NCBI GenBank assembly: GCA_963767925.1
Contig: CAVYGB010000010.1
Span: forward strand, 352,001 to 416,000
Length of the DNA: 64,000 bases
From: an uncultured delta proteobacterium
GTDB taxonomy: Bacteria > Myxococcota_A > Polyangia > Fen-1088
Direction: 5' to 3'
The notes below the pieces were generated by a model that saw nothing but the letters and a program-made list of their open reading frames with translations, did no database searches and was not told the origin of the DNA. The translations under genes were made by a program, and so were the position numbers. Below are positions 1-8,567 of the stretch, one piece after another; positions within the stretch are counted from its first letter, which is position 1; each line of letters begins with the position of its first letter.

Positions 1-1
1 G

Positions 2-136
2 CACGGCTTTCACCTGACGCTCGAGAGCGCCCTGCGCACCTACCTGTTCTCGGTTGTCGAGCGGCAGCCGGGGCCGGCCACCCTGCAGCCGTCGGCGGCG
101 TTCCAGCAGCTCGTCGGCCTCGGCCGCTACTGGTGA
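2..136 (+). CDS. 3' end of a CDS running in from the window edge (hypothetical protein)
   Basis: Open frame HGFHLTLESALRTYLFSVVERQPGPATLQPSAAFQQLVGLGRYW* with GC3-rich codons; TGA at 134-136. Confidence 0.6.
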   Translation, partial: HGFHLTLESALRTYLFSVVERQPGPATLQPSAAFQQLVGLGRYW

Positions 137-170
137 GGCGCGAGCCGCGCGAAGGGGCGCTGGCTTCCGG

Positions 171-1373
171 TCAGCGGCGGCCGCCTACCAGGGCGGGCGG
201 GGGGTGGAAGGCGGCGGCCTCCTCGCCCAGGCCGCCGGTGATGGCGGCGTCCCAGTACCTGTCGCCGAGGGTTGTGGCGAGCGAGCGCCAGAGCGGCAGG
301 CGGTTGAGGCGGGCGGCCAGGCGGTTGGCGGGACGGAGGACGGCCAGCAGCGGCTGCCAGGAGGTGGGGGGGATGCCGAGCGCGTCGGCCAGGTGCTCGC
401 CGACGAGCAGGCGGCTGATGGAGAGCAAGACGCCCCGGCGGGCGGCGGCTGCGGCCCGCTCGGCGAGGCCGGAGGGCTGGCCCACCCGGGCGTTGATCAG
501 CGCGGCCACCAGGGCGCGCGCGTCGTCGTCGGGCTCGCCCTGCGTGTCGGCGATCATGCGCGCCAGCCGCAAGCCCGCGTCGAACGACGCCGGCAGCAGG
601 TCGGCGTCCACCCCCATCCGGAGACCGGTGTAGCGCCACAGGTGCACGACGTCGTCGGCCTCGTCGGCGCCGATACCGTAGCCCAGCCGGCGCAGCCCGT
701 CGATCATCGCCACCGAGAACAGCAACACCGTGGCCAGCATGTCGTGCTGGTTCAGGGGGGCGCCCCAGTGCTGCGGCTGCCAGCGGCCGCTCGCCAGGAT
801 CAGGCGGCGCACCTGGGCATGCATCAGGCGCACCTTCACCGTGATGGCAAACCCATCGGCGAAGCGCCGCATCCCCCCTGGGCGGCTGACCGCCTGCACG
901 AAGCGGCTGGTCTCCGCCAGCCGCCGCGGCGCCTGCTCCTGCAGCCGCCCCGACATCACCAGCGGCTTGTTGCCCGCCGGCGAGGCGTACCCCGAGAGGA
1001 GCGACTTGAGCCCCAGGACGATCCCCGCCGCCGGCCCCGCCCGCATCACGACGTTCCCCCCTCGATCCGCCCGCGCCCAGTCGACCCACCCGGGCACCGC
1101 ATCCACGTCGGCAAACAGGGCGCGCAACGACGCCGGCGCCCCGGCCACCGCCGCGACGCCGCCCAGCAGCGCCCGCTCCAGGAGGGCGAACCCCTCCCCC
1201 GCCGCCAGGTCCGCGAAGTCCGCCATCGCCGCATCGGCCAGCGGGTCGGTCCGGTCGAACAGCGGCACCAGCCGATCGAGCGCGGGACCATACGTCATCC
1301 GCTGCGCCTCCCCCGGCTGAAAACGACTCGGCGGCCGGCCGCCCACCTGCGGTTCGGGTCGTACGTCCTGCAC
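171..1373 (-). CDS. Oxygenase MpaB family / DUF2236 protein (Lcp-like catalytic domain)
   Basis: Motifs DPLADA, PGWVDW, RRLAET, VRLMHAQVR, WGAPLNQHDM, HLWRYTGLRMGV; start uncertain (GTG 1373 or ATG 1298). Confidence 0.85.
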   Translation of the reverse strand: MQDVRPEPQVGGRPPSRFQPGEAQRMTYGPALDRLVPLFDRTDPLADAAMADFADLAAGEGFALLERALLGGVAAVAGAPASLRALFADVDAVPGWVDWARADRGGNVVMRAGPAAGIVLGLKSLLSGYASPAGNKPLVMSGRLQEQAPRRLAETSRFVQAVSRPGGMRRFADGFAITVKVRLMHAQVRRLILASGRWQPQHWGAPLNQHDMLATVLLFSVAMIDGLRRLGYGIGADEADDVVHLWRYTGLRMGVDADLLPASFDAGLRLARMIADTQGEPDDDARALVAALINARVGQPSGLAERAAAAARRGVLLSISRLLVGEHLADALGIPPTSWQPLLAVLRPANRLAARLNRLPLWRSLATTLGDRYWDAAITGGLGEEAAAFHPPPALVGGRR

Positions 1374-1629
1374 CGTAGGCTTGGATGACCGCCCCCCCGT
1401 CTCCGTGACAGGAGATCGACGTCGGACCCGCCCGGACCTCCTGGAGCCGGGCACGCGGCGTCTGCGCAGGCTCGATGGCTTCGCTCACGAAGGTTCAGGA
1501 CCCCCGCCTGGTCGCTGGGTCCACCTCGCCTTGAGGACGCGTCGGAGAAGGTGGCGACGAAGGGGATGGACGCTGCGGAGGGCATTGATCGCTTTACACA
1601 TGGAGGTGTGGGCAGGGATATTCGACGTG

Positions 1630-2253
1630 ATGAAGTCCAGGCATGAATCGCCGCTCGCCGCGCTGGTCGAGGAGTTTGTCGTTCGTCTCACTTCCATCGT
1701 CCAGGAGATAGCCTCGCAGCGACTGCGAACCACACTTCTCGGCGCTTTTGACGTCGAGCCCAGGCGCGGCCCTGGGCGTCCGCCAAAAAACCCGACGTTC
1801 ACAGGCCTGTCGCTGGCAGCCGGCAGGTCGCGACGCCCCAAGCAGCTGTGCCCCGTCCCGGGCTGCAAGAACGTGGCGGCGCCCGTCTTCGGCATGGTCT
1901 GCGGAGCCCATCGGGACGTACCCAAGGCCAAGATCAGGGAGTACCGCGAGGCCCGTCGCGGAGGAGCGCCCGATCGTCCGTCGAAGAAGCGGTCGCCAGC
2001 ATCGCGACCAGCTCCTGCCCGGGTAACTGCCAAGAAGCGGGGCACTGCCCGGACAAGTGGCCGCAAACGTCAAGGAAGGAGCCCAACCACCGTTCGAGCC
2101 GCGAAACCTCGCGCGAACGCGAAGATGAAGGGCCCGGTAAAAGCGAAGGCCACGTCGGCCAAGAAGGCCACTTCAGGGGCCCATCCTTCACAGATGAGCG
2201 AGAACGGACTCGACACCTCCCCGCCGGCATCTTCGTCTGACGCTGGAGCCTGA
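1630..2253 (+). CDS. Basic protein with AT-hook, CCCH metal-binding motif and Lys/Arg/Ala-rich tail; putative DNA-binding protein
   Basis: RRGPGRPPK AT-hook-like core; CPVPGC-x11-CGAH; histone H1-like KA-rich C-terminus. Confidence 0.7.
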   Translation: MKSRHESPLAALVEEFVVRLTSIVQEIASQRLRTTLLGAFDVEPRRGPGRPPKNPTFTGLSLAAGRSRRPKQLCPVPGCKNVAAPVFGMVCGAHRDVPKAKIREYREARRGGAPDRPSKKRSPASRPAPARVTAKKRGTARTSGRKRQGRSPTTVRAAKPRANAKMKGPVKAKATSAKKATSGAHPSQMSENGLDTSPPASSSDAGA

Positions 2254-2374
2254 CTCCTGGCCCGGCTGAGTCCTACCGGGTGCGGCGCTGAGGTCGGTGC
2301 CTCGGGCCATGTCTGGCGGACCGCTTTCAGGCAATTGCCTTGTCCAGAGCGGGATCCGGGTTAACTTCGCCACC

Positions 2375-3085
2375 ATGTGGCCCTTTCTGCTCGCCGCCCT
2401 GGCCGCCGCCCCCGCCACCCCCGCTGCCGGATCGCCAAGCGCGCTGTCTCGGGACCCGAGCGGGTGGGTGGACATCCTGCCTGGCCCCGGGCTCGCGGGG
2501 TGGACGCGCGTCGAGCCGATCAGCACCCGGGGGGTCAAGAGCGTCATCCACCGCGACCACGCCCTCTGGCTTCCCGACCGCAAGACCGGCCTGCTGGAGT
2601 GCCGGGCCCACCTGCCCCCCATCGGCGCCGACGGCGAGCCGGGCAGCCACGAGATGCTCCGCCACGACAAGGAGGTGGGAGACTTCGTCTTCCACGTCGA
2701 GTGGCGCTTCGTGGATCCCGGCCGCAAGGGCTGGAACGCCGGGATCTACGCCCGGGTGACGACACCCCAGGTCTGGCATCAGGCCCAGGTGGGGGCCGAG
2801 GGATCGGGCCACTGGTTCGGGGACACGCCCGACGCCAGCGGGAAGATCGGGCGAGCCCAGGTCGAAGCGCGCGAGCGCCGGGTGAAGCCCCCCGGCCAGT
2901 GGAACATTTACGAGATCACCGGCCGGGGCGACAGCCTCTCGCTGTGGGTGAACGGCGCGACCGTCGCCGAGTGGCGCGGGCTGCACGTCCTGCGCGGTCA
3001 CGTCGGCCTGGAAGCCGAGCGCCACCACATCCAGTTCCGCAACCTGCGCCTCAAGGAGCTGGCACCGGTACCCGCGGCGCGCTGA
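2375..3085 (+). CDS. Secreted DUF1080 (3-keto-disaccharide hydrolase family) protein
   Basis: Signal peptide; LAGW, GDFVFHVEWR, NAGIYAR, PGQWNIYEI, LWVNG, GHVGLEAE, IQFRNLRLKEL. Confidence 0.85.
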   Translation: MWPFLLAALAAAPATPAAGSPSALSRDPSGWVDILPGPGLAGWTRVEPISTRGVKSVIHRDHALWLPDRKTGLLECRAHLPPIGADGEPGSHEMLRHDKEVGDFVFHVEWRFVDPGRKGWNAGIYARVTTPQVWHQAQVGAEGSGHWFGDTPDASGKIGRAQVEARERRVKPPGQWNIYEITGRGDSLSLWVNGATVAEWRGLHVLRGHVGLEAERHHIQFRNLRLKELAPVPAAR

Positions 3086-3246
3086 CGGGCGCCCCTTGCA
3101 GCTTCGCGACGCTGCGGGTTCAGCGCCGCGGCCCTTTCTTCGCGCTTCATCGCTGGGTAGCTGTCCGCCTGTGGACTGAAATCTCGCGACGGCGACGGCG
3201 GGCCCTCTGCTGACTTCGGGGGGGTTCTGGCCTACCATGGCCGGCG

Positions 3247-4248
3247 GTGAGCGCGTCGGGTGCACATCCAGAGGCTGCCGTCTCCTGTCGCGGGCTGCGC
3301 AAGGTGTACGAAGGGGGCGGAGGGTTCGGGCGCAAGGCGGCGAGCGCGGTGGTGGCGGTGGCGGAGCTGGATCTCGAGATCCCGCGGGGGTCCTGCTTCG
3401 GGCTGCTCGGGCCCAACGGGGCGGGCAAGACCACCACGGTGGAGATCCTCGAAGGGCTGTTGCCGCCCACCGCCGGGGAGGTCCGGCTGCTCGGGATGTC
3501 CTGGGACCGCGACGAGAAGCGCCTGCGCGAGCGCATCGGGGTGGCGCTGCAGGAGACGCTGCTGCCCGACAAGCTGTCGGTCGAGGAGGTGTTGACCCTG
3601 TTCCGGAGCTTCTACCCCCGGGCGCAGCCGGTGGACGCGCTGCTGGCCCAGGTGCAGCTCGAGGAGAAGCGCCGGGCCTGGGTGGGCAAGCTGTCGGGTG
3701 GCCAGCGGCAGCGGCTGGCCATCGCCTGCGCCCTGGTGGGCCAGCCCGAGATCCTCTTCCTCGACGAGCCGACAACCGGCCTCGATCCGCAGTCGCGGCG
3801 CCAGCTCTGGGAGCTGGTGGCCGGCTACAAGGCCAGCGGTGGGACGGTGGTGCTCACGACCCACTACATGGAAGAGGCCGAGCGCCTGTGCGACCGGGTG
3901 GCGGTCATCGACCACGGGCGCATCATGCGCGAGGGCCGCCCCGAAGACCTCATCGCCGGCCTCGGCGCCGCCCACGTGGTGGAGTTCGAGCTGGAGGAGG
4001 CGCCCGCTCCGGGCGCGGCGCAGCCGCTCGACGAGGCCGCCTTGCTCGCCCTGGCCACGGTGACGGCGGCGCGGGTCTCGGTCGACGGCACCTGGTCCCT
4101 GACGGTGGGCGAGCCGCACCGGGCGCTGCCCGCGCTGATCACGATGGTGCACGGCCGCGGCCTGACCCTGGGCCGCATCGCCACCCGGCACGCGACCCTG
4201 GAAGATGTCTTCGTGGCCCTCACCGGGAGGCACCTGCGCGATGCCTGA
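3247..4248 (+). CDS. ABC transporter ATP-binding protein
   Basis: Walker [10 protein letters not shown], signature LSGGQ, Walker B LFLDEPT, H-loop TTH. Confidence 0.95.
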   Translation: MSASGAHPEAAVSCRGLRKVYEGGGGFGRKAASAVVAVAELDLEIPRGSCFGLLGPNGAGKTTTVEILEGLLPPTAGEVRLLGMSWDRDEKRLRERIGVALQETLLPDKLSVEEVLTLFRSFYPRAQPVDALLAQVQLEEKRRAWVGKLSGGQRQRLAIACALVGQPEILFLDEPTTGLDPQSRRQLWELVAGYKASGGTVVLTTHYMEEAERLCDRVAVIDHGRIMREGRPEDLIAGLGAAHVVEFELEEAPAPGAAQPLDEAALLALATVTAARVSVDGTWSLTVGEPHRALPALITMVHGRGLTLGRIATRHATLEDVFVALTGRHLRDA

Positions 4249-5314
4249 TCGAACGCCCGCCGGCGCGCCGGGCGAACCGGGGCCCAACCCCATCGTCCAG
4301 CTCACGCTGATGCGCCTGCGGGAGCTCTGGCGCGAGCCGGGGGTCATCTTCTGGGTGTTCGGGTTCCCCATCCTGATCGCCGTCGCCCTGGGCCTGGCCT
4401 TCCGCGCCCGGGCCCCGGAGGCCACCGTTGTGGGCGCGCTGCCGGGTGTGTCGGCCGAGGTGCAGACCGCCCTGAAGGCCGGGGGGGTGAACGTCCAGCC
4501 GCTCGATCCGGCCGCCGCCCGGGTCGCCCTGCGCGCCGGCCGGGTGGCCCTGCTGCTGGTCCCGCCCGCTCAGCCGGGCGGCGCCCTCGGTTACCGCTTC
4601 GATCCGGTGCGGCCCGAGGCCCAGCTCGGTCGCGCCACCGTCGACGCCATCTTGCAGAAGGCGGCCGGTCGCCGGGATCTGCGGCTGGTGCGCGACGAGC
4701 CGGTGAGCGAGCCGGGCGCGCGTTACATCGACTTTCTCATCCCCGGGCTGATCGGCATGAACCTCATGTCGGGGTCGATGTGGGGCATCGGCTGGACCAT
4801 CGTCAACATGCGGGTCCGCAAGCTGCTCAAACGCCTGCTGGCGGCGCCGATGCGGCGCTCGCACCTGCTGTACGCGCAGGCCCTGGCCCGCCTGGTGCTG
4901 ATCCCGCTCGAGGTGGGGATCATCCTCGCCTTCGCCCGCCTGGCCTTCGACGTCCGGGTCAACGGATCCTGGCTGGCGCTGGCGATGGTCTCGCTGGTCG
5001 GCTCCGCCAGCTTCGCCGCCATCGCCATCCTGGTGGCCAGCCGCGCGCAGAACCACGAGTCGGTCAGCGGCCTGATGAACCTCGTCATGATGCCGATGTT
5101 CGTGCTCTCGGGGGTCTTCTTCTCGGCGAGCCACTTCCCCCAGGTCATGCAGCCGATCGTCGCCGCCCTCCCCCTCACCGCCCTCAACGATGGCCTGCGG
5201 GCCGTGATGATCGACGGCGCCAGCCTGGGGGGCATCCTGCGCCCCCTGGCGGTGATGGCCACCTGGGGCCTGCTGGCCTTCGCCGCCGGGCTGCGCCTGT
5301 TCCGCTGGCGCTGA
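4241..5314 (+). CDS. ABC-2 type transporter permease
   Basis: Overlaps the ATPase stop; about 6 TM segments; YIDFLIPG, LSGVFF, LPLT motifs. Confidence 0.92.
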   Translation: MPDRTPAGAPGEPGPNPIVQLTLMRLRELWREPGVIFWVFGFPILIAVALGLAFRARAPEATVVGALPGVSAEVQTALKAGGVNVQPLDPAAARVALRAGRVALLLVPPAQPGGALGYRFDPVRPEAQLGRATVDAILQKAAGRRDLRLVRDEPVSEPGARYIDFLIPGLIGMNLMSGSMWGIGWTIVNMRVRKLLKRLLAAPMRRSHLLYAQALARLVLIPLEVGIILAFARLAFDVRVNGSWLALAMVSLVGSASFAAIAILVASRAQNHESVSGLMNLVMMPMFVLSGVFFSASHFPQVMQPIVAALPLTALNDGLRAVMIDGASLGGILRPLAVMATWGLLAFAAGLRLFRWR

Positions 5315-5362
5315 CCCGCGGGTCTTTCGACGGCAGGGCGCTGGCGGGCCGCCCCCCGGAGG

Positions 5363-6388
5363 TCAGGACGGGCGCGGCGGCGCGTCCTCCTCGTCGTCTT
5401 CTGCCTCTTCCCCGTCGTCGTCGTCGTCGTCGTCGTCCTCTTCGGGATCGATGAAGATGCCGCCGTGCCAGCGCTCCGCCTCCCAGAAGGTGTGGCCGGC
5501 CAGCACGTCCTGCGCCCGGGCGGTCAGCTTCACCTGATCCGCGCCCACCGCGACCAGCGGCTCCGGTCCGCCGCCGAGCCGGGAGAGGATCTCCTCCAGC
5601 ATGAGGTCGGTGAGAAACGGCCGCGCCTCGCGCGCGGCGATCGCCGACAGCAGGGCCCCCCGGGCGAGCGCGCCCCCCTCGAGGGCCTGCAGCAGCCGCG
5701 TCTCGGTGGTGGAGAGCCCCGTCGCCCCGTCGGGCAGATCTTCCAGGTGACGCGCGAGCGCGGCCCCCAGGTGCGGCAGCGCGCTCGTGTCCCCCTCGAC
5801 GAGCGTCACCAGCGCCTCGGCGTCCGGGGCGGTGAAGGCCGCCCAGGCCCGCTCGGCCAGATCCAGCGCCGCGCCGTCCGCGGGCCGGCGCGCGGCGAAC
5901 ATCGCCCGCAGCGTCTCCGGGCTGGCCTTGCCGAAGGAGCAGCCCGGGCTGCCCGGCTGATCGCCCGGGTCGACGAGCGTGATCCGGCGCCCGCCGGGCT
6001 CCTCCGCCAGCAGGACCAGGATGCGCATGAGGATGGTCTGGCAGAACAGCTCCGGTCCCGCCCAGACCACGACCTCGGTCGCGGCGGGGATCGCCCGCAA
6101 GGCCCGGTCCTGCTCCCGCAGCCGCGCCTCGACCGCCTGGACGTCCTCCGGCCCGCCCGCCGGGCGCCGGTCTCGTGGCAGCCGGCCCGGCCCACCCCCG
6201 GCCGCCAGGTAGGCCGACCGCACCCGGTACCAGGCGTAGGCGCTCAGGCCGGCGGGCGCCGGCCCCACGCAGACGGGATCGCACCACTCCAGCGTCTCGG
6301 CCGCGGTCTTCGCGATGCCGGCCGCCGCCAGCCCCTCCAGCAGACTTCGCCCGCCATGGACATGAACGATCGCCTCGGGGTCACCCAT
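5363..6388 (-). CDS. DUF1835 domain-containing protein with acidic C-terminal tail
   Basis: WCDPVCVGP, VVVWAGPELFCQ, AWAAFTAPD, RHLEDLP..GLSTTE, ERWHGG. Confidence 0.75.
   Translation of the reverse strand: MGDPEAIVHVHGGRSLLEGLAAAGIAKTAAETLEWCDPVCVGPAPAGLSAYAWYRVRSAYLAAGGGPGRLPRDRRPAGGPEDVQAVEARLREQDRALRAIPAATEVVVWAGPELFCQTILMRILVLLAEEPGGRRITLVDPGDQPGSPGCSFGKASPETLRAMFAARRPADGAALDLAERAWAAFTAPDAEALVTLVEGDTSALPHLGAALARHLEDLPDGATGLSTTETRLLQALEGGALARGALLSAIAAREARPFLTDLMLEEILSRLGGGPEPLVAVGADQVKLTARAQDVLAGHTFWEAERWHGGIFIDPEEDDDDDDDDGEEAEDDEEDAPPRPS
5414..5437. repeat. (GTC)8 trinucleotide repeat encoding poly-Asp on the minus strand
   Basis: Eight perfect GTC units read directly. Confidence 0.9.
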
Positions 6389-6455
6389 GGGCCCTAGCTT
6401 GCCATGCAACCGGGCCGTTTCCGGCCCCGTTGCAGGGAGACGTCCGGAGACGCGT

Positions 6456-6947
6456 TCAGGACCGGAAGGCCTTCTCGAGCGCGGGCAGGTCGAGCTTGAC
6501 CATCTTCAGCATCGCCTCGGTGACCCGCTTGGCCCGAGCCATATCCTTGTCGTTCATCATCTCGTCCAGCCGGGCCGGAACGATCTGCCACCTCAGCCCG
6601 AAGCGGTCGATCAGCCAGCCGCACGCTTGCGGCTTGCCGCCGCCCTCGAGCAGGGCGTTCCAGTAGCGGTCCAGCTCGGCCTGGTCGTCACAGGCGACGA
6701 CGATCGAGACGGCGTCGTTGAACTCGTGGTGGGGCCCCGCAGTGATGGCCTGGAAGCGCTGGCCGAAGAGGGTGAAGTCCACGACCTTCACCGAGCCGGC
6801 CGGGCCGCTGGGGGACTCGGTGGGCAGAGGGGTGACCCGGTCGACCCGCGAATCCGGGAAGATCGAGGCGTAGTAGCGCGCGGCTTCCTCGGCCTGGGTG
6901 GCGTACCAGAGGTGCGTGTAGATCTTCGACTTTCGCGGCGTTGCCAT
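6456..6947 (-). CDS. VOC family protein (PhnB / 3-demethylubiquinone-9 3-methyltransferase-like)
   Basis: HLWY, AEEAARYY, FNDAVS, QAELDRYWNAL, CGWLIDRFGLRWQIVP, AMLKMVKLD. Confidence 0.92.
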   Translation of the reverse strand: MATPRKSKIYTHLWYATQAEEAARYYASIFPDSRVDRVTPLPTESPSGPAGSVKVVDFTLFGQRFQAITAGPHHEFNDAVSIVVACDDQAELDRYWNALLEGGGKPQACGWLIDRFGLRWQIVPARLDEMMNDKDMARAKRVTEAMLKMVKLDLPALEKAFRS

Positions 6948-7238
6948 GAGCGGCCTCCTTTTCTGTTGTCCCCGGAGCGGCGGACCGGCCCGGCATGGGC
7001 GTGACCAACCGCTCTCCCCTGTCACGACGAACCAGCCCGGGCCGGGCCGACATGCTCGCCCTCTTTTTCATCGCCCCTACCGCGCGACGTGTCAGCCCGC
7101 CCCGGAGCGGCCTTCCCAGGATCTGACCACGAGAGGGGTCGACACGCGCCGGGGGCGGTCCCGACGCTCCTCGAATCCGTCGATCCCCCGATAGCGCCCC
7201 GATGGCGCCAGCCTGCGCCGGCGAGGGGCGGCCCGCCT

Positions 7239-7259
7239 TCCTGTTGACATCCGACAGGA
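7239..7259. promoter_or_regulatory. Imperfect palindrome TCCTGTTG-acatc-CGACAGGA containing TTGACA; candidate repressor operator
   Basis: 7/8 complementary arms; TTGACA at 7244-7249; directly upstream of the permease relic. Confidence 0.55.
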
Positions 7260-7269
7260 GGGTCCATAG

Positions 7270-8321
7270 GGGTCGAGCAGGTCAAGGAGGCGGCCCGCGA
7301 CGTGCGCGGCGTGCGGGTGCTGGAGCAGGCCGGCCAGGACTTGCGCCACGGCCTGCGCCTGCTGCGAAATCCCCCGGCTTCACCGCGGTGGCGGTGCTCT
7401 CCCTGGCGCTCGGGATCGGGGCCAACACGGCGCTGTTCAGCGTCACCGACGCCATGTTGCTGAGCGCCCTCCCGGTCGAGGAGCCCGACCGCCTGGTGCT
7501 GTTCGAGTGGCAGGCGGGCGACGCCTTCCGCAGCGGCGGCATCGACGGCTGGAGCTTCCTCGGCCGGGCTGGCCGCAGCGGCAGCTCGTCCTTCCACAGC
7601 CGGGTCTACCAGGGCCTGCGCGACGGGTCGGCGGCCGTCCCGCAGGTCTTCGCCTTCGCCGAGCTCCGCAAGGCCAACCTCCTCGTCGGCGGGCAGGCCG
7701 AGGTCGCCGACGGGCAATACGTCTCGGGAAACTACTTCGCGGCCCTCGGGGTGACGGCCTGGCGCGGCCGCCTGCTGTCCGGGGAGGACGATCGCGCCGA
7801 CGCGCCCCCCGCGGCGGTGCTCAGCCACGCCTACTGGCAAGCGCGGCTGGGCGGCGATCCGGGCGTGCTGGGCAAGACCATCGCCATCAACGCCATCCCC
7901 TTCACCGTCGTGGGGGTGGCGCCGCCCCGCTTCCAGGGGACGCTGCAGGTCGACTCGCGGCCGGTGGTCTTCGTGGCGGTGGCCATGGAGCCGCGCCTGG
8001 CGCCCGGGCGTTCCCGTCGGTCGCGCAGCGGACCACGGAGATCGGCATCCGCATGGCGCTCGGCGCGCAGACCAGCCGGGTGCGACGCATGGTGGTGGCC
8101 CTGGGCCTGCGGCTGGTTGCGGCCGGCGTGCTGCTGGGGGCCTCGCCGCGCTGGCCCTCGGCGCGATCGTCGAGAGCCAGCTCTACGGCGTGCCGGCCCG
8201 GGACCCCGCCACCTTGCTGCTGGCGGCGACGACCCTGCTGGCGGTGGCCCTGCTGGCCTGCTGGATCCCCGCCGCCCGCGCGGCGCAGGTCGATCCGATG
8301 ATCGCCCTGCGCAGCGGGTGA
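7270..8321 (+). pseudogene. ADOP/MacB-like ABC permease relic: 5'-truncated, internally deleted, frameshifted
   Basis: GVEQVKEAARDVRG..QDLRHGLRLLR / KSPGFTAVAVLSLALGIGANTALFS joined near 8016 to the terminal [17 protein letters not shown]...[20 protein letters not shown]. Confidence 0.85.
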
Positions 8322-8567
8322 CGTGGAAAGGCCGGCCAGCGCGGAGCGCAGCGTCCAGCCCGCCAGCCTTACCACCCGGAAAGGCCCCCTTATGGGGGGG
8401 CGGGCTCGACGCCGGCCGCTGTCTGCGGGCGCCAGCGCAGCCCGGACGGGGGCCCGCTGCACGGTCCTGCCGCCGGTACCAGCATTTTTGCTGACGCCGG
8501 CCCCCGGGGTGACTGTATTGTCCGTGGCCTCACCATCCCGTTCCGTCAGCACGAAGGAACGCCCCGG

